From NCBI RefSeq assembly GCF_009914755.1, contig NC_060938.1: DNA of 64,000 nt. One strand, given 5' to 3'. A program made the translations under genes and the position numbers. Numbering within the stretch: position 1 is the stretch's first letter; each line of letters begins with the position of its first letter. The notes below the pieces were generated by a model, which ran no database searches, had not been told where the DNA came from, and saw only the letters and a program-made list of their open reading frames with translations. Positions 21,005 to 53,420 of this stretch are shown piece after piece. This DNA is from the human T2T-CHM13v2.0 reference genome, Homo sapiens.

Positions 21005-21058
21005 GCGTGTGCGTGTGCGTGTGTGCGTGTGTGTGTGTGTGTCTGTGTGTGTGTGTGT
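21005..21058. repeat. (GT/GC)n microsatellite
   Basis: tgcgtgtgcgtgtgcgtgtgtgcgtgtgtgtg... Confidence 0.95.
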
Positions 21059-21651
21059 AGGTAAGTAGAGAAAAGAAGAGAGACACTTTTAAATAATTTT
21101 AGAATTGTGTTTTATACTTTTATGGTCTTTTTTCCCCTTCTGGGGAAAGTGTTTTGTAAACTGTAGCTGCTACACAAACATGCAGAATTATTATCATGAA
21201 GGACTCACGCCAGGCAGTGGAGCCTGAAACTAGAATTCTGCCAGCTGCTCTAATTTCCTCTCCTATAAAGCCCTTCAGGTGGCTGTCCCCCATGCCACCA
21301 GCCTACTCCATTCCATACTGAACCCCTTCTTTAGGGGATCAGACCTGCAGGTCTTTTCCAGGAGGCCTCCTTAGATTCCTGGAATCCCTTGTAGCCTACA
21401 AAGCATTTCCCACTCACTGGTGCTCACATAGCCCTGCTGGGTTGGTGCTGTTTGTCTCTTGCCATGGTCTAGAGAACAAAGGCTCAAAGAGTCAAAAGAC
21501 TTGCCCAAGGCCCACAGCTAGAAAGTAGAGGGGCAGGTCCTCTGCCCCCTACACCACAGGGAGAGCATGGGGAGCCTGCCCTCTGACCCCACACAGCAGC
21601 CCCACCCTCCACGGAATCCAGGATATAGGGTATCCTGAGCCCACCTTGTCA

Positions 21652-21981
<330 letters not shown>

Positions 21982-21984
21982 TTA

Positions 21985-22335
<351 letters not shown>

Positions 22336-24152
22336 TCAGGGCTCACCCCACGGGGATCCGGAAAAGGCTGGCCAGGCAGATCCAGGAGCCCTGGGGTCTG
22401 ACCGGGTCATAAACTCACCCTGTGACTTACATCTCTCTGGAGTGTGTATCTGTAGTGTAAAATCTCCACACTGCCTGCTTTAAGGCCCTCAACGGGTAAG
22501 TGAGGGTGTAGCTGGTCAGACAGTGGACTGTATCCACAAAGCGCTTTCACAGAGGATGCCAGTGTAAGGCATGAAAAGGAGGGTCATTTCACAGATGAAG
22601 AAACCACAGCCCAAGAAGGGGAGAGAGTTGTTTCAGAGAGTGGTGTCCTTTGCAGACAATGTGCCTCCCACTCCCCAAGGCCCTCACAGGCCAGAGGAGA
22701 AAGGCCCCCAGGGATGCACCTGGTCCTATCAGGGAGTGGGCAGCAGGCCTTGGCCTTTCCCCTCAGCCTGCTCCTGTCCGCTAGGCCCCACCCAGGCCAT
22801 CCACATGAGGGCTGTGTTCCTCCGCCTGCCTGCCTGGGGCCTGGCTCCTTTTTCTATTCCAGGCTGCTGGCATGGCTGACTCAGCCAGTTCATCCCTGCC
22901 AACAGCCACTGGCCATGGTGTCCTCACCGGGACAGTCCTTGCTTCAGATCAGATGGTAAGTGAAAAGCAGATCCATGTCATCTCTGACTCCTGTTCAGCA
23001 TTCATCTGCCCAGACAGTGGGGCACTAGGGGCTCAGTGGCTGCCACCTGCCTCCAGGCTATAGCCACTGCCCAGGTCTCTATGCCAGGGCAAAAGGAGCA
23101 CCTCCCAGAGCTGCCTTATGAGTCTCCGGGACCTGCCACCTGTGGACCCTGCTTCACTCAGGCCACACCCTTGCCACCCCTCCCGTCTCATACCTGGGCA
23201 GTATGGTATGGCTGACAAACACTGGTTGTGAGAGTCAGATAAGCTTGGGTTCAAATCCCATCTCTGCCTCTTACTAACTTCTTCAACTTGACAATATCCT
23301 CGTCTGCAGAATGAAGATAATCATTCTTCCCTGCAAGGACTGTGAGAATTTTATTTATCAAACATTTCCACAGCATTTACTGCACACCAGGCACTATTCT
23401 AAACACTTCATCACTCATTTCATCCTCCCTGTCTTACATCCTCATTGTCATGCCTGTCTTACAGTGGAAACTAAGGCACAGAGAGGGCAAGTAACCTGCC
23501 TGAGGTTGCACAGACATTTAGCGATAAAGCCAGGATTTAAACCAGGCAGTCTGGGCCTAGAGCCCATTCTCTTAACCTGCAAGCTATAAAGTGATAGTAT
23601 TGTATCCCCTTCAAAAATCAGGGGCTTAATCAGCCTAGTTTCTCACTCTTACTGACTTTTTTTTCTTGAAAGTTTGGAAACAGATTCAGAATCTTCTGTC
23701 TCTCCCTCTTTGACCTCCCCTTCTGCGGTGTCCAAACACCTGGCTCCAGGGCTCCTGCACTAAACGCCTGGTCCCAGGGCAGCCGTGGGCCCATCTCGGC
23801 CCCAGCCTGGAGTCTCTTGCTGAGTCAAAGCCCTCTAGTCTAGACAGCAGGGTGGATGAGTGGAAGGTGGAAGGGTGAGTAATGGAACAACTCAGCCCCT
23901 TCACTGACCAATGAGGGAGGCCTGGAGCATCCCTAAGTGCTGGCTTCCTAGCAGCTCCCACCCACAATTCCACCAAAGCCCTAACTGTGCCTGTGACTTT
24001 GCTCAGCATCTCCACTGTCTGCAGTCTCTGGGGCATAGAGACAGGCAGTCTCGGAGCAGCAGGTGTTCAGGGCTGTGCAGCCTTTTGGCTGATTGGGATA
24101 CCCTAGCCTGGTGGTGGCTGGGCCTGCCTGGGCAGGTGGTACAGTGGTTATG

Positions 24153-24810
<658 letters not shown>

Positions 24811-25055
24811 CTAAGCCTAGCCTAGGCCCTGCTACCCAGTAGGTGCTCAAAATGTTCCTTTCCAGACCTCTCTACCCACTCCTCTCCCTGGTGCCCAGTC
24901 AGACCATAGGGTGGGCAAAGGCCAGAGAGGTCCTGGCCAAGTGTCACAGCCACACGTGCCGCCTTTCCTCTCTGGAGCTGCTCTTGGGAGTCTCCCTCTC
25001 TGTACGTCAGCCCTTGCGGAACTCCTGGGAGTGGAAAGAGATGTGGGGAACGTCT

Positions 25056-25400
25056 CATCTTAGTTTGGGTTCTCTTGAAGCCTACCCCAAGACAAGGGTT
25101 CCAGTGTAGGTGGTTCCACTGGGAGGTGGCCCCAGGAGATGCCAGAAGAGGGTAGGGGAGCGAGACAGGGAAGGGGAGGCGGCAGTCAAGGATGCAGTCA
25201 AGCAGCAACCATGATGGGCACCTGCAGCCAATCCCCCTGGGCTCCTCCGATACCCCTCAAGCAGGGACAGAGCTGGGGATTTATCTGCCAACTCCACCAG
25301 TCCTGGTTAAAGGCTCTGGGGCTAGAAGGGAGGATTTGCTCTCCAGGCACTTCAAGTGAGCCACGTACATCTCCCAGAAGGGCTGAGGGGATCAGGGCCG
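25056..25400. mobile_element. ERVL-class solo LTR fragment (LTR33/LTR16-like)
   Basis: tcttagtttgggttctc...agacaagggtt...gggaggtggcccagga...gagacagggaagggga resembles recalled LTR33-type consensus. Confidence 0.55.
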
Positions 25401-26732
25401 GGCACCCAGAGGCCCAGCCCATAGCCAACCTCTGGACACATCTTACACACCAGGCCTTCCTAGGCAATTTCCATGCCATCTGTCACTTTTTCCAACTCAA
25501 AGGTAAGTTCTGTGCAGACAGGAATTGTGTCTGCTTTGTTCACTGTGGGATACTGTGCTGAGCACAGTGCCTGATACATTATAGGAGCCCGATAAATCAC
25601 TGCCACGTAAACAAATGAACACCAGCAACCCTGAGGGGCGAGCGTGATCACCTTTATGTTAAAGATGAGGCTATGGAGGCTCAGGGAGGGTAGGGACTTA
25701 TGTAAGGTCTTAAAGGTTACAATAAGAGAACTGGGATTCAGCTCAGCCCAGCCTGATCTCAACACCTGCGCACTGGTGCACACTATGCACGTGTGGACAG
25801 ACACTGGTGACAGTAACCCCTTGTGGGCCACCACCTTCTGTCTTCACAGAGCAGTTCCACTTTCATCTCAGCTGAATGTGGTGGAAATGAGTTCAGGCTG
25901 GAGTCCACATGACCGGGGTTCAATCCCAACATGTACACCTACTAGCTGCATGACCTCCGGCAGGTTACTTAATCTGCCTTAGTTCCTTCCTCTGTAATTT
26001 AGGGAAACACCAGCGCCTGTCTCATAGGGTTGTTGAATTAGAATAGTACCTTGTAGGTGCTAAGCATGCAATGAACGTTACCCAGAGGTGGCGACAGATG
26101 GTACTCAGAAGGCAGACAGAGGAGCCATCAGGGGCACCCCCCTCGCCAGGCAACATGCCAGTTCTTCACACCTCATTCAGGTCCCCCGAACACTGCTGCA
26201 AAATCACTCGGCAGGTGTATCCTCATGGCATTCTGAGGGGAATTCTGAGACTCCAGGTTGTTGAAGAACTCCAGTCCTATCTCACAAGACCACCTCTCTC
26301 CATCTTCTAAGCTTACATGTGGAGTTGCATGCATGTACAAACACACAAGGCCATTCTTTTGGGGGGTGGTGTCACTGCCCAAATAGAGATACATCTGAGG
26401 TATATCTTTACCAGTTCTCTCTCTCTCTCACCCCTATGCTTACCTTCCCAGGCTTGGCCGGGCAGCTCCTGACCCACGTGTTTCCAGTTAACACAACAGA
26501 GTCCCAATCCCCACAGACCCTTACTGCATTGCGTGAGCCCGCCTGCTAACCTGTTTCAGCCCCTTCACAGTTCCCTGTTCTCCCTTCTCCTTTGTGCCTC
26601 AGGGGTCAGAAACTTGTTCTGGATAATTAAATTCAGTCACCAAGTGCAGGTCCCGCAGCCCTAGCTCCTGAAGCCCAGGCCCAACCACACAGAGCCAGGC
26701 TGCACACTAAGTCATGCTGGTGGGAGGTGCTG

Positions 26733-26868
26733 GAGACCCAGCACACAACAGCAATTGCCTCTTTAGCCAGGCCTGAGACCCTGCATACAACACAGCAATT
26801 GCCTCTTTAGCCGGGCCTGAGACCCTGCCTACAATAGCAATTGACTCTTTAGTCAGGCCTCTTTAGCC
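26733..26868. repeat. Minisatellite, 3 x 42-44 bp
   Basis: gagaccc...agcaattgcctctttagccaggcct units starting 26733, 26775, 26819. Confidence 0.92.
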
Positions 26869-27139
26869 ACAGGCAGAGGAATAGGGCTGGATTTCATTCT
26901 CCCTCAACTACCTTCCTGATTGGTAAGTACTATTCTTTTTTTTTTAAGACTGGGTCTTGCTATGTTGCCCAGACTGGCCTCGATATTCCTGGGCTCAAAT
27001 AATCCTCCCACCTCAGCCTCCTGAGTAGCTGGGATTAGGTATGTACTATTCTAAGCCAACCCACCCTGGCACCCAGCGGAGGCTGCAAAGCTCCTCACTG
27101 TAATAAGAGTAGTGCTGACCAAGCATAGTGCTCCCCGCA

Positions 27140-27741
<602 letters not shown>

Positions 27742-28784
27742 CCAGGTAAAGGCAATAAAAAAAGAAAGAAAAAGAAAAGTAAACCAAAAAAACGGAGCCA
27801 GTCTTGCCGATCACCCTATATGTACAGACTCACTGGATTCTCACAACAACACTTTAGGTAGGTGTGAGCATCATCTTCACTTCATAGACAATGCAGCCAA
27901 GGATCAGAGAGGTAACGTAACTTGCCTGGAGTCACACAGCTAGGGGCTGGCAGAGTGGGATTTGATGTCAGTGGTATGGCTGGAGTTTGTGCTCTTAAGC
28001 CTTGTGCTTTGCTAACTCCAGGCAGTGGCTGCACCTTCTGGTTTGCCGCCTGCTGCTCTGCGGTGCTGAATGTGCTGGATGAACAAAACACTATACAGGA
28101 TGTTCAACTCTCCACGTCCATCCTTCCCTTTGATCCTCGTAACAACCTGAGACTGAGATCGGAGAGGCTGGAGACTTGCCTGAGGCCTCTGGGCAGCCAA
28201 GCTTCCAGGCCTCATTCCTGTCCTTCTCTCTCTCCCTCCCTGGGGGCTTTTCCAACCCTTTAGAGACTGAATGGTCTGGAGGGATAAGGAAGGCCATAGC
28301 TGAGGTCCAGGAAGGTGGCCAGCTGCAGGAGAAGGCTAGCAGGTGAGGCCACAGGCTTGGCACCACACAGACCTAGGTTCTAGTTCTCCCCTGGCACTCA
28401 CTCACTGATTGGGCTAGAAAGACCCCACAACCAGATAAAATCAGCCTTTAGGAAATACATCCTTCTCATTGCCACCCACCTGGCAGGTGAGACCTTGCAA
28501 ATCTCCGGCAATCCAGCCCCTGCTTCCAGGCAACTGGCTGGACAATGGACCGGGACTGAAGTGCTGGGCGGGCACCCCCACCATGTTCATGACACTGCCT
28601 CAGGTTTCTCAGGGACCCCAGGCTCCTTCCTCTGCCCTTTGTTCTGTCTCAGCCTATACCCTCAACAAGCGCTTCTTTCATGGCCATTTAACCCCTGCTG
28701 CGGCAGCACAAACCACCCCCATCCCGCTCCAGGTGGGACAGTCTTTGCAGACTGGAAGAACAGTCCTCTCTCAGGTCTCCTCTG

Positions 28785-32595
<3,811 letters not shown>

Positions 32596-32975
32596 TAAAT
32601 GTGAGGAAATCATCCGAGGTGAGTCACACATGCATTAATGACCCACTGGGACCAGAACTCCAAGCCCTAGACTCTAAGCTCTGCTTTTTCATTGTGGCAC
32701 TAATTTGTTTTCACATGTTTTTGATGACTCTGCCAGGCTTTGTACGGGAGCTGAGGATATGATTTTGGCTCTGAAATAACTCATCCTCTAGGGTGTTCTT
32801 GTTAGGGGAAGATTTGGCAAACATGCTAAAAATAATTACAATACAAAGCAGTAAGTACTAAAATAGAAAGTATTCATGCCAAGTGAGCAGAAACAATGCC
32901 AATTTAGTTAATTTTATTATCACTGTCATCTCCATGTAGGAGGAGGGACTGGCGAGAGGCCTCATCTGTCTACAA

Positions 32976-33187
32976 CAGTCATTCTCCACTACGGGCAGTG
33001 GGGATAGGGTGTCCCACAGGAAGCATGTGGAGTGTCTGGGCCTCGTGAGGCGGCAAGTGCTACAGGCGCCTAGTGGGTAGAGGCCAGGAATGCTGCTAAA
33101 CGTTCTATGAAGCATAAGACAACAGCCCCTACCACAAAGAATTATATGCCCCAAAATGACGAGGGTGCCGAGGCTGAGAAGAGCCAG
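32976..33187. mobile_element. MER20 hAT-Charlie MITE
   Basis: ctagtgggtagaggccaggaatgctgctaaac...ccacaaagaattat..gccccaaaatg...gtgccgaggctgagaa. Confidence 0.82.
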
Positions 33188-33194
33188 TCTAAAG

Positions 33195-34305
<1,111 letters not shown>

Positions 34306-34482
34306 GTCTACAGACACATCCTCAAGTGCAGCCAGTCTCCCCATTCCTTCCCACGGCCTTTGGAGGGTTTCAGCAGTCTGGACAAGTTCTGGCTCTCACT
34401 CTCTCACTCACTCACTCACAATCTCCCACACCCTGCATGCCTATATGGACCCTCAGTGTCGTCATCTCAAAAATGGGAAGAA

Positions 34483-35251
<769 letters not shown>

Positions 35252-35599
35252 CTACAGCTTAGTACATGGAAGGACCCAGGACCCAAGACCTAAGACCACC
35301 TGCCACATAGGACTGCTCCTGCATACCCTAATACAAGTCTGGCTGTCTTTGTCCCCATGGGAATGAACGTCCGCTGCATTCCAGGGGGCAATAAGCTGGA
35401 CTGTAGACCCCTCAGTGACTGGAAGACACAGGGTTTGACAGACCATGGCTTCTCTCCATGGCCAACACCACTCTTCCATCTCATTCCTGTTTTATACCCC
35501 AATGCCCACCCACAGGCCACGAGGACAGAGCCAGTCTCAGGCTGGCCACCCCTGCCGGCGGCTGGAGAGCCCCACTGTGCCTCCGCTTGTCTCATGGAA

Positions 35600-36720
<1,121 letters not shown>

Positions 36721-36897
36721 TTTGGTTATGCCTCGAGGAAGGTTTGCTGGGGAGGAAGCCTAGAAGTAACTCCCCCAGGGCTCTTCCCACTCTACTGCCG
36801 GAGGTGGAGACCAGAGCAGAGGCACAAGCCAGCACCTGCCATTCTGCACCCAGTGTCCTCGGAATGTTCTCAGAGCACTTTTAAAAACCGGAGAGTC

Positions 36898-37210
36898 GGC
36901 CGGTGGCTCACGCCTGTAATCCCAGCAGTTTGGGAGGCCGAGGCAGGAAGATCACTTGAGGTCAGGAGTTGAGACCAGCCTGGCCAACAAGGTGAAACCC
37001 CGTCTCTACTAAAAATACAAAAATTAGCCGGGCGTGGCAGCGCGCACCCGTAGTCCCAGCGGGTGGGAGCCCCGAGGTCCGGCGCACCTGGCCCACACAC
37101 AGGTGGGAGAATCGCTTGCACCTGGGAGGCAGAGGCTGCAGTGAGCCGAGATTGCACTATTGCACTCCAACCTAGGCGACAGAGTGAGACCCTGTCTCAG
37201 AAAACAAAAC
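36898..37210 (+). mobile_element. Alu with a foreign internal segment (37061-37105)
   Basis: Alu consensus interrupted between tagtcccagc and ggagaatcgcttg. Confidence 0.9.
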
Positions 37211-37940
37211 AGGAGAAAGTTGAGACTCAGATGTGAGGATAAAGTCCCAGAAGGACAGCCGGGAGTCTGGTCGTCGCCTAGTTGTATCCTGGGTGAAACA
37301 GTGAAACTGTCCACTTCATCCAGTGGGACCCTTGGTGCAGGGATCCTCACGTAGGCCACGAGGGTCACCAAGATGGCCTGCCTCTGAGCAACCGACACAA
37401 AACCTTAGCTTGTGGCAAAGATCAGGAACTCTTGAGAGGCAGTGCCAATCTGGATGGGGCAGCTTGGGAATGTGAACGCAGTGACACCAGGTAGGGGGAG
37501 GGGTTGGGACAGGTGGGTGAGGAGCAGTCACAAGGCACTGGGGACATGCCCACCCAGGGGTCATAGCAGGGCGCACAAAGGATGACTCAAGTTTCAGGGC
37601 AGGGTTGGTGGATCCCCAGGGGTGGTAGAGAGGATGAAGAGCAAGCCCAGCTACTGGTGTAAACTGCTGGGTCTGGGTCAAGTTAGAGTAAGACTGTGGG
37701 GGGACTGTGTGCTTTTCTGGAACTACTCCTATTCCCAGGGGCACAGCTGCAGGGTTTTGAATGGTGCATCACAGGGATGACAACCTGGGTCTGGATTCGG
37801 CCATGGGGACTGGAATCTTTCACCATTTACCAAGTAGGTGATATTATTGGACAAATTATTTGACGTCTTCGTGCTCTTGTCATCTGTAAAAGTGTGGGGG
37901 CCCGGGAGCAGGAGAGGTTACCCCTCTCACCTGGGCACCA

Positions 37941-38021
37941 AGTGTGAGAAGTGTGAGTAAATGAGAAGTAAATGTGAAGTAAATGTGAGTAAATGAGAAG
38001 TAAATGTGAGTAAATGAGAAG
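37941..38021. repeat. Short tandem repeat of 10-11-bp gtaaatg(t/a)ga(a) units
   Basis: gtaaatgagaagtaaatgtga repeated. Confidence 0.9.
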
Positions 38022-38045
38022 CCAGGTTTCCATGTTGAGAATTTG

Positions 38046-38125
38046 TATTAGAATGAACTATATGAAGTTGCCATGTTTTGTTCAAAAGGTCGAATATTGG
38101 CAATTTCATATGGTGCAACCTAATA
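38046..38125. mobile_element. MADE2-like 80-bp mariner MITE
   Basis: Imperfect ~28-bp terminal inverted repeats (tattagaatgaactatatgaagttgcca / tggcaatttcatatggtgcaacctaata), TA ends. Confidence 0.75.
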
Positions 38126-38497
38126 GGGTGCCTGGTACATGGTAAACACTCAAATGTTAGCCTAAAGAAACCCTGTTTATGAGCACCTGCTAGACCATAT
38201 TGCATTTACTAGACTAAAGGCAAGGCCACCTTGTTCTTTTTCAGGAATTTTTTTTTTTTTGGTATAAATATTTTTACATCCTGCCTATTATTTTGTCTTT
38301 TTACCACACTCCTGCACCTTCCACCAGATGAAAGGAGACTTGGAAGACAATGAGTTCATTCATTCATGAGCACCTGTCTCCATGAAGAGCATCACCACTG
38401 GACTCCAAGCCACGCCCCCAACTATAAATAGCCTAATTGGTCCTGCTGCACCCACTCTTGTTTTTACCCTCCCCCACTCCCCATGAAGCTGATTATC

Positions 38498-42680
<4,183 letters not shown>

Positions 42681-42729
42681 TAGGTAATAATTTAAAAAAT
42701 TTTTTAAAAACCCAGCCCTTTCACTAGTC

Positions 42730-43373
42730 TGACCCCCACCCCCTGCATAAGAGAAAGACCTCACCAAGATCTACAAAGCCCAGTGAGTCTGCCTCTACCA
42801 CCTCCCCACTACCTCACCTCCCCACACAGTTTTTAATCAAGCTCCAACTGTACTTTATTTCAGACCCTCCACGTCCTCAGTTTTCTCTCTCACCCCTGTC
42901 TAAACCAGATCATGGTTACTGTCTTTTTTTTTTTTTTTTGAGACAGTCTTGCTCTATTGCCCAGGCTGGAGTGCAGTGGTGTGATCTTAGCTCACTATAA
43001 CCTCTGCCTCCAGGTTCAAGCGATTCTCGTGCCTCAGCCTCCCAAATAGCTGGAATTATAGGCACGCGCCACCATGCCTGGTTAATTTTTGTATTTTTAG
43101 TAGAGACGGGATTTCGCCATGTTGGCCAGGCTGGTTTCAAACTCCTGACCTCAAGTGATCCACCTGAAGTGCTAGGATTATAGGCGTGAGCCACCGCGCC
43201 CGGCCTGGTTACTTTTACCAAGCTCTTTACTTTTCCTCCATAGCACTTAACAGTTTGTAAAATGACATGTATGTTCATGTGCTTATCTGTTTACTAGCAA
43301 GTAGGAACCACAAAGCTCAGTGTGCTGCCCATCAGAGAGATAGCACTCAATATGTATTGGTTGAATGAATAAA
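42730..43373 (+). mobile_element. L2 3' end with antisense Alu insertion (42924-43207)
   Basis: ttttcctccatagcactta ... gcactcaatatgtattggttgaatgaat L2 terminus. Confidence 0.65.
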
Positions 43374-43396
43374 GGCAGATATATCTTTCTGAATAT

Positions 43397-43402
43397 TTTA
43401 TT
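43397..43402 (-). terminator. SPTLC2: SPTLC2 distal polyadenylation signal (second candidate at 43634-43639)
   Basis: TTTATT on plus at the end of a long, mostly unique block that borders an L2/Alu/L1 region. Confidence 0.65.
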
Positions 43403-44716
43403 AGGGCAAAACAAGATATTTGCATGGGATGCTTCTTAAGTCATCTCAAGTAGTTCCCCTTCAGTTCTTAACATGCACTCTCAAAATCAACACACCTACC
43501 CCAACCCAATACTCATCGCTTCACAGTCATCCAGTAAAGTACAAAATAAAAATAAAAAAATCATCATCTGGCAAAAAAGGGAAACAGGGTAAGAGAGAGT
43601 GACATTTTAACACATTACTAAAATGTTTAAGCTTTTATTTACACATCCCCTTCTCTCAGTTTCCCAGGTTATATGAACATTACAGCAATAGAAAGGGGTT
43701 ATCATCACAGCATCCCCTTGCAAATTCCAGTTTACAGGTAACTTGGTCAGGGGAAAAATATGGGTCAACGAAGTAAGATCTCAGCTCTCCCATAAGCTAT
43801 TGCTCTCTTCTTCTCTTTCCCCCTTCTCTTAATGTTAGCTGCCTGTTACAGAGAGGGATCATCAAGACTGTGTGGACATGCTAGCTGAATTGACAGGGTG
43901 GGTTCCAGTGTCCTGTGAAGAACCAGCAAGGATGCTTTTTATAATTCCAACCATTGGCTTCACATCACTGAGGTAACAAGACTTAATGTTAAGGGTAAAG
44001 ACACCACGCCACCCTAGTCAGTGACATGTACTCCACTTTCCAGGAAGACCTGGGCCAAATGACCAAGCTTTGCAAAAGAAACCTGGGAAGAGCGTTGGAA
44101 AAAGCAGACTCTGAGTTGGCTTGAGTCTCCTCGTGCATAGAAGCATTCACTCATCCATGCAGATGGCAACAAGGCAGGACACTCAGAAAGCATAAGATCA
44201 AGGTACTGCTCTTATCTGCACCTTTCATTCAAGCTCCCCTCAAGTGCTCCAAAAGAACAGAGCTTTGGGTATTGCTTCATTAAGAACACAGTAACTGCAG
44301 TTTAAAAGCCATTGCATTCTTTAGGGTCAGTTTATTATAACTTATCCTACCAGAAAGAATCACAGTTTAAGGCCATTTATCATGTGCACTATGTAGTAAA
44401 CAAAACCTTGTCCCCAGCTCCACCAAGCCACTCCCAAGGGTGGACTGTGAATGTGACACTTCCAGACTCACCAGAGATTAGAAAAAACATTTCTATTAGG
44501 GTCTTAACCTAGCCCCTTTGGTTTCCTCCCTAGAAAAGAGCTGCTTAGAAAACAGATGTCACTGGAAATGACAAAAGGAACAACAGTATTTTCTATACAT
44601 TAAAAGCAAAGGGATCATTGGCTAGCACTAGCATTTATTCTGTGTGATAGGGAAGCCAGCCCTCTAATTTGGCTCTCTGGCTGGGCACATGGCAATGGCT
44701 AGGGGCCTGGGCACAC

Positions 44717-48160
<3,444 letters not shown>

Positions 48161-49670
48161 TGTAACATGACTTTCATACACTGTTTTTCCATTCTGTTCC
48201 CAATCCTTCTCCTGTAATACTTGATGGATACAAAAAGACAAACTGATCCTGGGTATAATATGCCAAAAGTCCTCTTCACTTAAACTTTGGTTCAACTGAA
48301 AAAATAACTTTAAAATGGTGATTTTCAGATTTGTTCTTTGGTCAGGCAGTATAAAGCTCTCTGAAAGAAGTCCCTTTACCTGGTTATAGTATGAAAACAG
48401 TCAAAATAGAAAATGTCAGTTTAGGAAAGAGATCTATGTGTTCAGAATTTCTCAGAAAAAAATAAAAAATATGTAGACAGGCAGACCCTAGCCCCAGATG
48501 CCAGATTCAATTGACTTAGGACATCAAGAATAAAAGAGAACTAGCATTCAGAAGAGTAATATTTAAGTGGGTTAGCTTCTAAGAGGCCTAAATTAATAAA
48601 CCTAATCCTTAAATAGGAACATGATAAATGCTTTCTGAGCAGAGGATTTACCAACAGTTTCCTTTATCAGTTTAAATCCTAATCTGGACCCAGACCTAGC
48701 CAGAGACTGTCATAATTTTCAAACGTAGAAAGCAGTAGGAAATGCAAGCCACAGGCTCTGCAAGGAGTAATCAATTCTTTGCACACTGCCACTGCCCCTG
48801 CCCCTCACCCACCAGGAGTGCACATCACTCTACGGAGCAGCTTTGTACCCAACACTCAGATGTGAGAGTGGCCTTCTCACCAGGGTGGGATATGGGTGCT
48901 CTGAAAACAGTAAGTGCTTTAAAAAGGGGGTGGGACGTGTTACGGTTAGAGCTTGGGAAGAACCAGAATTTGCGCACATCCTCAGACTGTGACCATTATG
49001 AAGAAGTATTTGATGGTAAAGGAAGAAATCATCTGGTGACCAGAAGAAAATGGAATAAGACCAAACCCTTGGGAGATTACACAATGAGCCTTTCAGCAGT
49101 CATCGCTTACTGTTTTTCTTAAAAGGCTAAACTTAAGATTAAAGGGTGAAAACTTCCGTTGATTACTTGAATGGTTAAATAAGGATTCCAAGGTTGGCCT
49201 TGAGACCTCTGAGACCTGGATGGGAAGTAAGTGGAAGGCACTTGCTCCCTAGGGAGGAGGGCCAGGTAAGTATCCAGGCTGCGGAGCCAGGGCCAGCAGT
49301 AGCTCTTGATGGGCCCAAGTCTGCAAGGTGCTGGGAGAGGGGAATGGCCTGTGTGGTTAGCCAGAGACAGGCTAGGGTCAGCGTGATTTCACAAGTAGAA
49401 TGGTTGCAAAATAAAATGTTTTTTTAATGGACTGAAAAAGCAAAGTGAGTCACCTTCGTTTTTAAAGGTGAGATTTAGCAAAGGAAGGATTAGAAGCAGT
49501 TTTTTACTATTTACAAAATGTCATTTAGAGTGGAGGTGGCCACCTTCAGTAGCTGAGGCAATGTCTTTCACGTGAGATGGCCACAGAAGTGTGGTTCCTG
49601 GAACTGGCTCACAAAGGCCACAGGCTGTCCTGGGTGAGGGAGAGTTCCTCTGAGGGAGCACCAAAAAGGC

Positions 49671-49790
<120 letters not shown>

Positions 49791-50004
49791 CTAAAATACA
49801 CAAGACAAAGTAGAGGTCTGTCAGAGCCAGTAGGATGCAGGCATGCCTGGTGTTTTACTTTGCTAAAAACAATCATGGCAAGATTATCCTTCGGCAGGAC
49901 TTATGTCTAGTGCATTTACAAGATCAGACTACAATACAGCTGTGGAAGGAGCTGCTTTTTGAACAAGGCCTTCAAGCTCACCATGAATAATGGGTTGTGA
50001 ATAG

Positions 50005-51605
<1,601 letters not shown>

Positions 51606-52014
51606 CTAAGATCACAAAGTAATGGACATTTATAAACTTTAGAAGAATCTAGAATTTTTTCATCAATGTAGAAAAGTAATCATTAGATAGAAAAAGAAAT
51701 CCTCAGTAGCCCAAGGGGATCTAGATTACAAGATTTCCTTTGATCCCACTCCAAATATTTCAGACAAATCGGTGTCATGTGAATATAAGATGACATTCTA
51801 ATGAGTGCTGACTCTTGTGTGGGGTATTTGGGTATGTTAGGGACAGGCAGCCATTACATGCATCGCCATTCATTAACAGTCTACACAGAACCTCTAGATC
51901 ACAGGTAAGGTGGGTTTCTAGGAGAAAAACATGTATTCATTATAGAGCTGAGTAACCGAATCCTCTAGGACAGCCATCCTGCCGCTCCCCTGAGCCAATA
52001 TCCTTGCGCTTCCC

Positions 52015-53420
<1,406 letters not shown>

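Noticed and set aside
26081-26095. CTCF-like word cccagaggtggcgac
   Set aside because: Several mismatches in the core; cannot be supported without PWM scoring or ChIP.
26733-26868. Repeat array as CRISPR-like structure
   Set aside because: Units are contiguous with no unique spacers; eukaryotic minisatellite.
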